From Flectonema sp. DT1601 (Eukaryota), in contig OZ025799.1 of the NCBI GenBank assembly GCA_964019425.1, positions 62,001-126,000 of the forward strand: a DNA stretch of 64,000 bases. The letters are read 5' to 3'. The translations under genes were made by a program, and so were the position numbers. Shown piece by piece: positions 52,714 through 64,000 of this stretch. How positions within the stretch are numbered: the first letter of the stretch is position 1; each line of letters begins with the position of its first letter. The notes beneath the pieces were generated by a model, which ran no database searches, was not told where the DNA came from, and saw only the letters and a list, made by a program, of their open reading frames with translations.

Positions 52714-55700
52714 TCACCAAGATTTCATAAAGAGCGCTGGTGGCTTTTCAGCTGGTATTCGCTCCCTCGCACACTCAGAAACGATCGCGTCAGCCTTCGC
52801 AAATACCTGCTCAGTAAACGATTTTATTTTCAAATATTTTGAAACCTTCGCTGAAGCGCTGTGCGGGCGGGGTGGCGTGTATCCAACATTTTCACTCAGC
52901 CCACCGATTGCTGATTTAGAAACTGTTTTCTTACCTGCAGCTGTTAAAGGTCTCGGGGGAAGACTCGATGCAGGGCGAGGATCGTTAGACTGATTTCCCG
53001 TCGCAGGACGAGGAGGCAGCTTAGCTAGAGATCCAACAGGAGCAGAACCTGGACGACTACACAGCACACCATTTAGTGATGTTCTTGTCTCTTCTGATAT
53101 TTGTGTTCTCAATGTCGAAGGTAAAAACTGACTAGTGTTAGTATTCGAGTAACTCTGTCTAGCTTTTGATAATGATCCTGAGCACTGCATTGGTCCTACA
53201 CATGGCGAGTCATACGTCGATGTCGATGACTTTAATATTTGTAAAAGGTGAGCCTGCTTTCTAGTTAACGCCAAGTTTCGTAGTCCGTCTTCTGTGAAAG
53301 GATGCCATGGTGACTCAGGGTCTTTGACGATAAACGAATGATATCTTCTGACGTCTGACCATTTGCTCTTCACGTGATTCTCACAATTAGTTTCAGTAAT
53401 CTCTTTCATCAATTCAGAACTCGAGAGATTTGATAACTGATCATTAGAAGTAGATGATGACTCTAAGAGTTTAGAATAGCAGGTTCTGGAAGGTAACAAT
53501 CCTCTTCTGGTGTAGATCTGTTGACTTACGTCTGTAATGTCACAACCTGGGAAATTTGAGTCAGCATTTCTGCCACCAGTTCTGTTCATCCTTTGATGTC
53601 GATCACTAGCACTCATTACAACTCTACGAATTGGTTGAGTTCGCTGTTCTACAGTCTGTGGTGATGGTGCTGTACTCGGACGTAACAACGAACGAGGATA
53701 GCACTTTACTGTCAGATTTGATGATTCTGGTTGCCCTGACGTTGGATCAATAACTTCCTGATTCGATTCCTGTTTTGATGTCTCAGTTGAGGTGAGGGGG
53801 TTCTGATCGCAGACATAATTAGAAGTTCCTTCAGAAAGATCAACTCCCGAATTAGTATTCTCTGACTGCCTACCTACTGGACGGTCAGCTGTATTATCAC
53901 ATTCGTGTATTGGGTAGAAGTACCAAACGTTACCTCGTCTATCAGGTTTCCATTGTAGATTAAGAGAGCTTATCGTAACAATTGGTGACGACATATCTAC
54001 GGGTCGAACTGAAATAGCGTTGGAATCGCTGTCAACATCACACACTTGTGCTTCATGAGATCCCTCAAATATAACATCTCCTTTATTAGGATTGTCGGGC
54101 TGCTGTAAGACCCAAATATTTTGCGACCAACGAAGAAGTGCAGATGCGACTTCTAAGAAATGAGATTCTTGTTTGTTTTTCACATACTTTTGTATGAATA
54201 ATGTGACTATACCTTTTCGTATTTCTGTTATTATTCCGTTGATGTCATTTATTTGTTTTCTTTTAATAACAAATTGCTCTCCGACTAACGGTATTCTGCA
54301 ATACGAAACAGGTTCTCCACTCTGCTTATTTGAGTGAAGAGTAACAGAAAGCTCTTTATGTGTGTGTGGTCTGATACCTGGTCTAGTTATAAGGTTATTA
54401 ACTGTTCCATAAATAGTTTCTGATTGGATACTAACGGCACTTGAAGATTGTCTACTCCAACCACTGAATGATTCCTGATGAACGTTTATCTGATTCTCAT
54501 CAGTTTTATTGTGACTTTGAAGGTCAATAATATCCTTCTTTTCATTAGCGTTGTCAACAACGACACGACTGTTGTTGTTATTTGTTTGATTTGGAACTGC
54601 AGTCGGATGAGAATTTTCTATTTCATTATTATTACACTGAACTCTACTAATTAATTGTTTAATACGATGTGTTTGTCGAGTAGTAACAACATGTTCAGGT
54701 ATCAAGAGGGTACTCACACACGGATGTCTACAAACAGGACTCCTGGTATTCATTGTTGCTATCGAACTCATTGATGAGTGTGAACTGATTTCGTATTTTG
54801 TTAATTTCCGTTTTACAGTCTTTCTCTGACTTTTAACTCCACAAAATAAAGATCCACCTGAAGAGTATCGTCTTTCATTCCTCCGAAGTAGTTCATTAGC
54901 GAACTGAGTCTTTCTGGTGCGAGTTGTTTGCTGGTTTTCAATTGATTTCATTTTCTCAATTTCAGATCTTTGTTTATTCAGATCTGAAGCTGCGGCAATG
55001 TGGTAGTCACGGAGTAGTGCTTTAGGAATCATTGATGATAACTCTGGAGAGAGCTCTTCATAGCAATCTAGTTTTGTACTTTTGGAAACGACTTTCATAA
55101 AATTGAGCGCTAAACCATTCGAAGAATCCCCTCTCAAATCCTCACATGAGATCTCAAGGTGTCGGAGTAGTAATAATCTCCCATAAATAGGAAGGTTTAC
55201 AATAGAAGAAGCAGCAGTCCAACACTGATCCTCATCAGTTTTATTATCTTCAATACCAACAACCCGGCTACCATTAAACAAAGCAATAAACATAACCTCA
55301 CTTGGTATGTCTGGGTACTTTATTATAGCTCTTAATATAGGGATCAGAGGTAAGGATGAATTAGGTTGTTTTTGAAGCCAATAATGAAGATAAAATGGAG
55401 GACATGAACCCGTCAAGAGTCCACTACACCTACCTGACGCTAAGTTAACAGCACACCGTAATGCGGTGGTTGAAAAACGATTTAAAACGAGCATCTCTGC
55501 GCATGATAATTCAGTTATGTGAGTAGTTAAAAATTTTAATCGTTGCCAACTAAACTGAATTGGCTCAGAAGTGATATACGACACAAATCGCATAGCTGGC
55601 ACGTTACTTGCGGCTATTTGCTTACTTAAAGAAGCAACACTTCCAGACTTGCAAGTGAGCTTGGTGGATCTGATGTTGTTATTCAGCACTAGAAGTGAAC

Positions 55701-56301
55701 TTATTTTATTATAAATGAATGATATGCTGTGAGGTTTTCCAGTCATCAAATCAACAGTGATTGGGTTGTTCTGTAAACTTAATTCGATTAAAAAAACATT
55801 ATCAGAATCCCAGCTATCAGCCATCAAACATTTAGGAAATTCACTGATGAAATTGTTTGATAAATTTAGAGTTCCCAGACATTTGTGTTTTTGTTTTTTT
55901 GAATTTGAAAATAACCAATCCAGTTCTGAAATGTGATTGTCCGATAAATCAATTTTCCAAAGAAAAGAATGATTTCCCCTAAACAACTCTCCAGGATACT
56001 TTATCTTGTTATCTCTTAAGATTATCACTTCAATATGTTTCATTGTCGATAAACTATTTTCAGGTATCGTATCTATCCCACTTGATGACAGATCAAGTAT
56101 GGTTATGTGATGTGCTCTTCCATTTGTTAATATCTTTATTGGTGGCATTGACAGTACTCCACCACTGAATAGTTCAGTGTCAGATAAATTATTATTTATA
56201 ATCTCCGGTTCGATGTCATCACATTGTTGGATATCATTAATTAGATTATCAGACTTGTTATCAACAAGTGATTGAGGTGGTGTTTTAGGTTTTGGTTCCA
56301 T
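52714..56301 (-). CDS. Leucine-rich repeat protein with a long disordered C-terminal region
   Basis: LxxLxLxxN units: ITILDLSSSGI, IEVIILRDNKI, LWKIDLSDNHI, LGTLNLSNNFI, LIELSLQNNPI. RP(S/A)(T/S)A motifs near the C-terminus. Confidence 0.8.
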   Translation of the reverse strand: MEPKPKTPPQSLVDNKSDNLINDIQQCDDIEPEIINNNLSDTELFSGGVLSMPPIKILTNGRAHHITILDLSSSGIDTIPENSLSTMKHIEVIILRDNKIKYPGELFRGNHSFLWKIDLSDNHISELDWLFSNSKKQKHKCLGTLNLSNNFISEFPKCLMADSWDSDNVFLIELSLQNNPITVDLMTGKPHSISFIYNKISSLLVLNNNIRSTKLTCKSGSVASLSKQIAASNVPAMRFVSYITSEPIQFSWQRLKFLTTHITELSCAEMLVLNRFSTTALRCAVNLASGRCSGLLTGSCPPFYLHYWLQKQPNSSLPLIPILRAIIKYPDIPSEVMFIALFNGSRVVGIEDNKTDEDQCWTAASSIVNLPIYGRLLLLRHLEISCEDLRGDSSNGLALNFMKVVSKSTKLDCYEELSPELSSMIPKALLRDYHIAAASDLNKQRSEIEKMKSIENQQTTRTRKTQFANELLRRNERRYSSGGSLFCGVKSQRKTVKRKLTKYEISSHSSMSSIATMNTRSPVCRHPCVSTLLIPEHVVTTRQTHRIKQLISRVQCNNNEIENSHPTAVPNQTNNNNSRVVVDNANEKKDIIDLQSHNKTDENQINVHQESFSGWSRQSSSAVSIQSETIYGTVNNLITRPGIRPHTHKELSVTLHSNKQSGEPVSYCRIPLVGEQFVIKRKQINDINGIITEIRKGIVTLFIQKYVKNKQESHFLEVASALLRWSQNIWVLQQPDNPNKGDVIFEGSHEAQVCDVDSDSNAISVRPVDMSSPIVTISSLNLQWKPDRRGNVWYFYPIHECDNTADRPVGRQSENTNSGVDLSEGTSNYVCDQNPLTSTETSKQESNQEVIDPTSGQPESSNLTVKCYPRSLLRPSTAPSPQTVEQRTQPIRRVVMSASDRHQRMNRTGGRNADSNFPGCDITDVSQQIYTRRGLLPSRTCYSKLLESSSTSNDQLSNLSSSELMKEITETNCENHVKSKWSDVRRYHSFIVKDPESPWHPFTEDGLRNLALTRKQAHLLQILKSSTSTYDSPCVGPMQCSGSLSKARQSYSNTNTSQFLPSTLRTQISEETRTSLNGVLCSRPGSAPVGSLAKLPPRPATGNQSNDPRPASSLPPRPLTAAGKKTVSKSAIGGLSENVGYTPPRPHSASAKVSKYLKIKSFTEQVFAKADAIVSECARERIPAEKPPALFMKSW

Positions 56302-56364
56302 TTCAACAGGATATCGTCATTTTCATTTCATTTGATAATAACAACTGAAGAAGAAAGAAAGAAA

Positions 56365-56398
<34 letters not shown>

Positions 56399-56754
56399 AC
56401 TTCTCTTTAATCGAGTTTTAACTATTTAGCAATACGATATACTTCCATTACATCCGCTCTAGAACCAGAACAACATAAGAATTGAGTGTATTGAGAGTGG
56501 TACATATTTCTTTATCGTTTATTATTTCTGGTCCATCTCCAACTGTCATTAATTGTCTCACTTGGTCATCATTTTATATTTCCTACGAATGAGAAGGATT
56601 GTAAGTTTTAGAATTACACATCAGCAATCATTAATTCTACGATGAATTTCTATATAAAACTATACAACCCGAGTGGAACAAGGAAAAGGATACAATTAGT
56701 AGTGTTTACCAACTTATTTAGTAAAAGTTGAAAAATTAACAAAAAAAACAGATT

Positions 56755-59685
56755 TTAAAATTGTCTGCCTTGCAGACTTCGTATCGCAGAGTAGATCTTC
56801 TTTCTACAACCCAACGGGATTCCAATGTTCTGAAGATCACTCTCACTTAGTAATATGAGAGTCGACACATCTTCAATCCTCTCCTTCTTTAAAGCTTTCG
56901 CCAGCTCTAGAACCGTAACTGGATCGAAGGCAAGTTGCACCAGATACTCAACAACTGTCGTATTTTGCCCCTCCGCTGGTACCGGTGCCTGTGGAGAAGT
57001 TTCTTTCTTAGAACGTACCTCTTCGACAGGTATCGACTGAGAGGACACTTCCATTGAAGGAGGCGCCAGTTGTTGGATGGGTTGCGCCAGTTGTTGGATG
57101 GGTGGCGCCAGTTGTTGGATGGGTAGCGCCAGTTGTTGGATGGGTGGCGCCAGTTGTTGTGGCGCCAATTGTTGGACAGGTGGCGCCAGCTGTTGGACGG
57201 GTTGAGGCTGAGGAATAGATGGTGGAGGTTGCGGAATCGCTTTCTTAGCACGAAGTGGTGTGACGAGGGGTTTTCTCGACTCAAAAACACTCGAGATCTC
57301 TGTTGTGGTTTCAATAGTCTCTCTGACGATGGGTTCTGGTTGACGTTGATAGGAAACAGGAGGTGCAGGGATTTCTTCCAGTTTACGAACCTTGTCGCTC
57401 ACCGTCATCGTCGTAACCGGAGTTGATCTACCTCTCGGGGGACTCACTCTGCGAAAATGAAGGTCCTCTTGTGAAGCCACATTTGCATTGCGAAAATGAA
57501 GGTCCTCTTGTGAAGCCACATTTGCATTGCGAAAATGAAGGTCCTCTTGAACTGAAGCTACATTTGCATGCCTAGGTGGAGACACTCTGCGAAAATGCGG
57601 GTCCTCCTGCACTAAAGCCACATTTGCAAGTGTAGGTGGAGACAAAGGAGGTGCTGGTAACTCGTACTGAACCGGTGCCGGTAACTCATACTGAACTGGA
57701 TTATTTTTAGCAGCGCTTACTCTCTTTTGAAGCTGCGAAAAAACGAATCCAACACTGAGCCTCAACCAACTAGTAGGAGTAGTAACATCCGTCTGTTGGT
57801 TTTTTGTATTTGCCGCAATAATTACTGTGAGTAATGTAAGGGGTACGTGTTGATACTTTTTTGAAGTTTTGCACACTGGAAAGAAAAACTAAACTAAAAT
57901 CCTAAAACACACCTGAAAACTGCGAGCAGAAGACTTCGGAGAAGCAATCAGTTTAGATCTCATAGTACCGTCCAGAGCTACCCAGAGAGTTTGGGTAACT
58001 GGATTAACGAGGTGTCCCATTTCGAGTTCACATCCTCCAATGGGAGCCAGACTTTCTCCCTCCACTGATAGTAAGACAACACGCAAGTGTTTCCCTACTA
58101 AGTCATGTGATATACCTGGAGGTACATCTAACACAACTGTTTCACCCCAAGCTGGATTAGGACCAACCCAAGTAGATGTGTACTCAGGAGCACCACCTTC
58201 AAATGATATTTGAATTCGAGTCTTGTTGACTGGGGGAAGTCCTTTAGCAGATAAGAGAGTAACCTGAAGACAACGGACTGAATCCTCTTGTTTCACAGGT
58301 TGAGGTTGAGTTGGATTGGAAGTAATATCAAACTGCGTGGAGGGATCATAAACAACTGTGACATCATGTTTTCCATTAATCCCCCAGCGGTAGAGTTGAG
58401 TATCAGATGGATTGTGATCCCACAATACAGTAAGCCAGTAACCATTACTTGTTGCTGGTAGAGCGTCTGACGACCATCCCGTCATTGCTGTTAAAGATTT
58501 AACGGTTCCAAGACCTCCATCTCCACCATCAGGTGACCCATAAAGGTCGAGCCAGTTATGAGGATTTCTCTTAACTCTACAACCAACAGATATTCCTTTA
58601 GCAATTTGTTGATCCGACTGATAATCAGGTGTGCGTGACCTCAAAGGAGATGGTGAATTATCCAGGTGTGAAACCTGAATATCATAAACACCATTCCCCC
58701 AGCGGTATTTATTTGCTTCTCCAGTAGCATCCCATTTAACAACTACCCAACACTCTTCTAAGTGACAGTCTATAACTGTTCCTGGATTACCAATACCTCC
58801 GTCTTGCTCTCCCCATTTCCAAAATAATTCATTTCGGACAACACGATGACCGATTCCCATGTCCTGAATCGTTGATGGTTCGACCAACAACCACGACTTT
58901 GAATAAATTATATCAGCCTGTGGAGTAAACACTCCCGTCAGCTGAGAATATAACTTACAAGTGATTGGCAATAACACCGTCCCAGTTGAGATTGTCAGCT
59001 GACCCCGTCGTATTATTTCAGCTTTATCCACGTGAGATTCGAAGTCCAGCAGCGAAAAACAAACAGCCAAAGGTGACCCTCCGAGTGATGTAATTTTTAC
59101 TTGTTGTGGTTTGATTCGAAACATTATTGAAATATCTTGTTTGAGAGTCTCCTTCAGACGAGATTGAATTTGTTTATTTCCAACTGTTTTACCCTCATTG
59201 ATATTTTGAATAGTTATACAGCCAGGGACTGTGTTCATGTTGGTAGCATTTTCAGTCTTTCTACGTGCTGGAGTTGTAACACTCGGTGACTTAGATCTCG
59301 ATCTCAGTGGTACGGCTGCGGGGGGTACGACTGTAGGGGGTACGACAGTTGGTATGATTGTTGGTACGTATGTCTGCTGTGCTTTGTGAGGTACCTTTAT
59401 CACTGGTTGTCCAGAGTAGTTCGCAGATACGTTCCCTGTGACACTAGCAACTGTTGAACTCATTCCAGCAGGTATCTTACTAGGAAACATTTGTGTGTTA
59501 ACAGCTGGGCGATACATTGTCGTTGTTCGTCGCGGAGACGTCGGTTTCGCAGTCGCAGGCGGTTGCTGCGGTCCTAACGGAGGAGTTCGCGGTCCGCTTC
59601 GTTGCGAATAGTCCGTCTGCATTCTCGAAAGTTGATGTGGCGGTATCTTAACACTGAACCGCCCCTTATTTGACGCATCATACAT
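56755..59685 (-). CDS. Multidomain protein: 2x MIB/HERC2, C2, Pro/Gln repeats, C-terminal SAM; 2 exons (59685-57913, 57792-56755), 936 aa
   Basis: GHRVVRN..WKWGEQDGG..GTV...VKWD....NKYRWG occurs twice. C2 start LQVTLLSAKGLP is completed by WLRLSVGF in exon 2. SAM motif LILLSESDLQNIGIPLGCRKKI. Confidence 0.85.
57061..57200. repeat. Coding 21-bp minisatellite (QQLAPPI)n, about 6 copies
   Basis: ggcgccagttgttggatgggt units seen directly. Confidence 0.9.
57449..57630. repeat. Coding 39-bp-based repeat (NANVASQEDLHFR)n, about 4 copies
   Basis: gcgaaaatgaaggtcctcttgtgaagccacatttgcatt units seen directly. Confidence 0.9.
57793..57912 (-). other. GT-AG intron (120 nt) in the MIB/HERC2-C2-SAM gene
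   Basis: GTGTGTTTT...AAATACAAAAAACCAACAG. Phase 0; yields RSFQ|TDVTTPTSWLRLSV. Confidence 0.75.
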
Positions 59686-60660
59686 ATCCCTCCCTCCCTA
59701 CCACTGTTAGAATATAATTATGATAAGAAACAAGTCTTCAAACCCGTTGACTAAAAATTCATAAGTATCGACATCTTTATGAGTTCTGCAAGAAATCGAA
59801 ATAATAACTTTCGAATAGAACCAGCTAATACAATATCTCTTGTGAGTAATAAAACAAAGGTTGTACTTGTTTTGGATCTCATATCTGGAATTTCTCTGTT
59901 CCCTTTTCGTTGTCCGTTTTTTTTTTTTTTTTTTTTTTCCTTTTCTCTTTCTTTTTCTTTTAGAAATAGTTCTGTTCTCGTTTGTAATTTTTCCGAAAAC
60001 ACTGTTCTTCTCTTTCTTTTGAAACAAATACAAAGTACACAATCAACCCCCAAAAGAACTCCCATTCTCCCGTGTGAGATGGGCCAATCTGGGTGTTACC
60101 CTCAGAATTCTGGATAGATAAAATGGTAGAAGAAAGAAAGGCAGGTAGATGGCCCGGAATTTTTCTCCCTGTTGGAGCTGTCGTACTGTTTGCGATCGAA
60201 GAATGCGTCCGAAGGCTGCAAAAAAAAAAAAAAAAGAACAACTGAAGTAGGTTCTCCCTTTTAATTGCAACACTCGCTTGTTAATGAAAAAGGCAAAAAA
60301 AAAAATAAAATAAAATACACACTAACAAAACTTTGAGTAGCTCAATAAGGAAAACAAACTACTTTCATTTGGTCAATAACAACCGTGAGGGAATCAGAAG
60401 AGTTATATAAGAAATTAACAAATATTGCGGCAACAACAGCGTTAGTTGTTACGTTGATCACACGAATTGTTCAAAATTATTTAATTAAACTAAAAAAGTT
60501 TAAAAACGATGAACTCTTTTCACACTAAAGAGTTAAACAGGATCTCTTGACTTGGATAGGTTTAGATTCACAAAGATAAGCAGAACCCACTGTAACCATA
60601 CCGTTACTCAACTCTGTTAACGATCTCTATTTAAGTAACTATCACTACAAACAATTCAGT

Positions 60661-63600
60661 CTAATCTCTTAGTTTGTTTTGAATACTTTTGTGAAGGCTG
60701 CATAAGTAGTCTGTGTACGCAGGAAGGTTTGGTCCCTGTTTTTTTTTTGTTTTTTTTTGATAAGAAGAACAACTTTTACTTAATTAAGTTTAATTATAAA
60801 AAAAAATGAAATTAAAAAAAACACACCTGTTGGTTGCCTACAAAGCGCTCAAAGAAGGTTCCTTCCATTGGATCAGATGATCGTTCTCTAATTAAATACA
60901 CATTGTCTTCAGTTGTATATCTTGCTTGACGTAGGTATTGAATAATCGAAGCCATCTGTTTTTTTTATTTTAATTACACGAAAGTAAAGTAACGTACAAT
61001 TATGTTATACTACTACATACCTGCCAACGTTCCAGAGTACCCCCATTTTCAGGAGATTGAGTGGTTGCAATGATGTGAGGGAAGCTTCTTACAGTTTCTG
61101 GTGTGACACCTCCTTCAGCTCCGAATAAGACTTCTTGCAGTTTGACAGAAGCAGATTCACCGACAAGAACGTAGAAACAATCAGTTGGGTAATCATGAAG
61201 AAGATAAACTCCTGATGAGCTGACCTTTTCAGAAGCCAATGTCTCAGTATTTGGAAGTACAAACACTCCTCGCTGCTCATCAAATGTTCCACAATTAATA
61301 GGCATTGAATGAATTGGATAAAGTCTTGGATAGAAGTATGGAGTAGTGTCACTAATACGCATTCCTCTCAGTTGTAATAATTGATACACACGATCGTCTA
61401 TATCAGGTCCACCAGGTTTAAAGCAAATTGATTTTACCAACGCAAGAGAGTAAATAGGCATCAGTTTGAGTGCTTCAGGTAAAACAAGCTGTCCTGCTGG
61501 TGATGTCTGTGCGCATGACTTTCGGTAACCTGCGAGGATGTCAACACAGCTAGAGTGTATTTGCTCATTAGCGGTGGTGAGACCCTTCTGAAGAGCTACC
61601 TTGATAGAACGCTTTGCTGAGAGGGCTAACGTCGTGTCCAAATCAGAAAACTTAAAAACTTGCGCAATAGCCGTGGCAACCTGAACTCGAAGAGTATGCA
61701 CTCGGATGCGTCTCTTACCGTCTCTTCTTGTGTATAATAAGGCTGCCTGGAGGTATGAGTTAGGTACTTGTTTCTCATTAATGCGATTCTCGTGTTCCAG
61801 TTCTACAGTAATAGTTTTGTCACAGTCAACACCAGCCATATCAACAACACTTGGGTGTGATTGATGCATATGACCAGTGTATGATTTAATTCTCACACCA
61901 GGTGATGTTCGTACTATGAACATTGAAGCATAACCACACTCCCTTGTTAGATTTCTGACAATTGTATGCCTCAGTCTATCAGTATCTCTCGATGGGTTGA
62001 AACTTGAGCTGAAATACACCTGCCCTCCAGTACACGATGCAACATTACCAACTGTTGCTAATTCACACGGACCGTGCGGAAACGCAAAGATATCAACGCA
62101 GATTTGTCTCTTCGCCAGGTTTGTTGCCAAGTCTGTCCAGAATCCTTGCTGCGGATTGTAAAGGTCTTTCTCCTTATCAGTTCCAAGTAATTTTCTGTCG
62201 TCACGTGGTTTCAAGGAACCAACACCAGTTCCAGGTAATTCACTGTAAGTGAGCATCACACGTCCTCCTGTGCTGTCAAGTACGAGACCGGCAGCTTGTA
62301 GTGCGGCACCCAAACAACTTCCGTCCTCGCCAATATTCTCCGACATGGCAGAAAGTCTGTCAATAAAGCGGAGGCACGTGTCTAAATGATCACCAATCTT
62401 TACCCAGCAAACTTTGTTGAATGGGAGCGGAACGAACATTTCATCAACATCAGAAGCTAAGTAGACTGGTAATGACTGCTTAGTCATGTCGTAGAAGTGA
62501 ACAGAGGATGCGTAGGTTAAAAATGCAACTTCACACTCGGGAAATTTCTGCGACATTTCTGTAAGGGCAACATGAAGAGATGCAACAAGAGATTGTACAA
62601 CGTGTCCAGACTTCTTGCTGATGTCGAGGACAAAGAGTTGGCGCATAGGAAGAATTGGAGCAGCATTTTTCTGATCCCAGTCATTACCACCAAATGAGAC
62701 ACTCTCATCTAACTGGACATCCCATTCTACGGAACCAAATCTTAACTCAGGACGATCATCAATATCTACTCTTACCCCGTCAGCATCCAGGTTTGCAGCA
62801 TAATCTTGACTGACATCATTTGGAACTCCACACATGTTACAATTCCATCTGCGACCTTTATCAACAAACTGAACACCACTATTAATAAATGCACGACATC
62901 TTTTACATCTGATTGGTCCATTTTCGTCAGTTCCCACAACAGGAACTTTCTGCTCTCCGATCTCCGGCGTTGCCAATGGACAAACAGAAACACCCCACGG
63001 AATGCCGACTCGCTGAAGCATTCCACTATCATAAGGTATGCTGTACATCGACGTCCTCATAAAACGTGGTGAGGCATTCCTCTCGTCAATTGCTACAAAT
63101 TGAGAATCTGCAGCAGGTGGCGCATCTTGTGTGGACGTATCAAATCTCTTTTTCGAAGCGTGAAGTCCTCCACTGACTGGCTGCGGAACGCTTGCGCTGT
63201 CAATTTGATTCTTCTTAGTTTTACTGGGCCTAAAATCCTTTTTACCAAGTCCAGTTGGTAAGTTAGAGTCAGTTGGTGATGTTGCTTGTGGATACCCGCC
63301 TTGTGTGGGTGCTGTTTGTACTTGTGGAGGCCTGTTGTGTCCATATCCATCATTAGTACCATCCGCATCCATTCCCATCTGCGGTGGCATCCCAGGAGAC
63401 TTCTGCGGCATTTGTGGTGGAGCCTTTCCTAGTTGTTGCTGCGGGGGGAGTGGCATTCCAGATCTTTGCATTCCTGGCTGTTGATGTTGTGGAGGCATTC
63501 CAGGCTGTTGCTGCGGCGGCATTCCTGGTCTTTGCTGCGGGGGCATTCCTGGTTGTTGTTGTTGCTGCGGCATTCCAGGCATTTGTTGCTGTGAGGGAAT

Positions 63601-64000
63601 CCCTGGTTGTTGTTGCGGGCTAGGTGGCATTCCTGATCTCTGCTGTGTATAACCTCCCGAAGGAAAACCGCCTTGTGCTGAAGGGGCATCACCTTGTTGT
63701 TTTTGTTGGGTTCCAAGAGGTGCAGGCATTCCTCCTTGAACAGGTGGTCGCTGAATAGGGGCAACTGAAGATTGCTGCTGAGGTGGAAGTCCTCCTTGTG
63801 GCTGAGCAGTTGATGGCATTCCACCCTGCGGAGGTACACCCGTCTGCTGCTGTGGCAGTCGTTGAGCAGGAGCGCCAGCATTCATAGGTGGTGGTCCTCC
63901 TCCCTGTGGGGGTGGCATACCTCCCTGCTGTGGCGGTCTCTGTGGCGGTGGCATTCCCCCCTGCCCCGGTGGCGGGCGCTGCGGCACTCCCCCTTGTGGT
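60661..64000 (-). CDS. SEC24: COPII coat subunit Sec24 (C/D type), 5' end outside the window; exons >64000-61021, 60955-60827, 60735-60661
   Basis: Pro/Gln-rich N-terminus, NASPRFMR, Zn finger CKRCRAFIN...WNCNMC, RPELRFGSVE, trunk domain, GKRRIRVHT and GQLVLPEALKLMP. The spliced C-terminus reads ...FFERFVGNQQ|GPNLPAYTDYLCSLHKSIQNKLRD*. Confidence 0.95.
60736..60826 (-). other. GT-AG intron (91 nt), last SEC24 intron
   Basis: GTGTGTTTTTTTT...AAAAAAAACAAAAAAAAAACAG. Restores the conserved Y.DYLC.LH terminus. Confidence 0.9.
60956..61020 (-). other. GT-AG intron (65 nt) in SEC24
   Basis: GTATGTAG...TAAAATAAAAAAAACAG. Phase 0; ERWQ|MASIIQYLR. Confidence 0.9.

Noticed and set aside
1..64000. tRNA, rRNA, spliced-leader RNA gene, transposase or reverse transcriptase
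   Set aside because: None recognised by eye. An isolated GGTTCGAA near 50790 lacks a cloverleaf. Small snoRNAs cannot be excluded without covariance searches.
1..64000. Alternative genetic code or stop-codon readthrough
   Set aside because: Long ORFs read cleanly in the standard code, all three stop codons are used terminally, and apparent breaks are explained by introns.

Overview
AT-rich eukaryotic nuclear DNA, most consistent with a euglenozoan, probably a diplonemid (inference). About 20 protein genes all lie on the minus strand as one unidirectional cluster, with T-rich spacers and pyrimidine-rich AG sites just upstream of start codons (trans-splicing-like). Recognisable products are: an FHOD/ELMO-type ARM protein (partial), a UPF0658-like membrane protein, a paraflagellar-rod-domain protein, a 4-copy array of secreted Cys-rich proteins, a giant R-S-E ADP-ribosyltransferase-domain protein, an APC amino-acid permease, a soluble ankyrin/adenylate cyclase, a PLAC8 protein, a 2588-aa DUF3638/DUF3645 protein with SecA-like SF2 ATPase motifs followed by a 5-copy non-coding repeat array, a multi-PDZ-like protein, an LRR protein, a MIB/HERC2-C2-SAM protein and Sec24C/D. 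Several ORF-track fragments join into single genes through short GT-AG introns. All six frame-validated introns end in A/C-rich tracts instead of polypyrimidine tracts, two skip a textbook pyrimidine-rich AG, and some have complementary ends. This suggests separate sequence codes for cis- and trans-splice acceptors. All family calls come from manual motif recognition; no database search was run.
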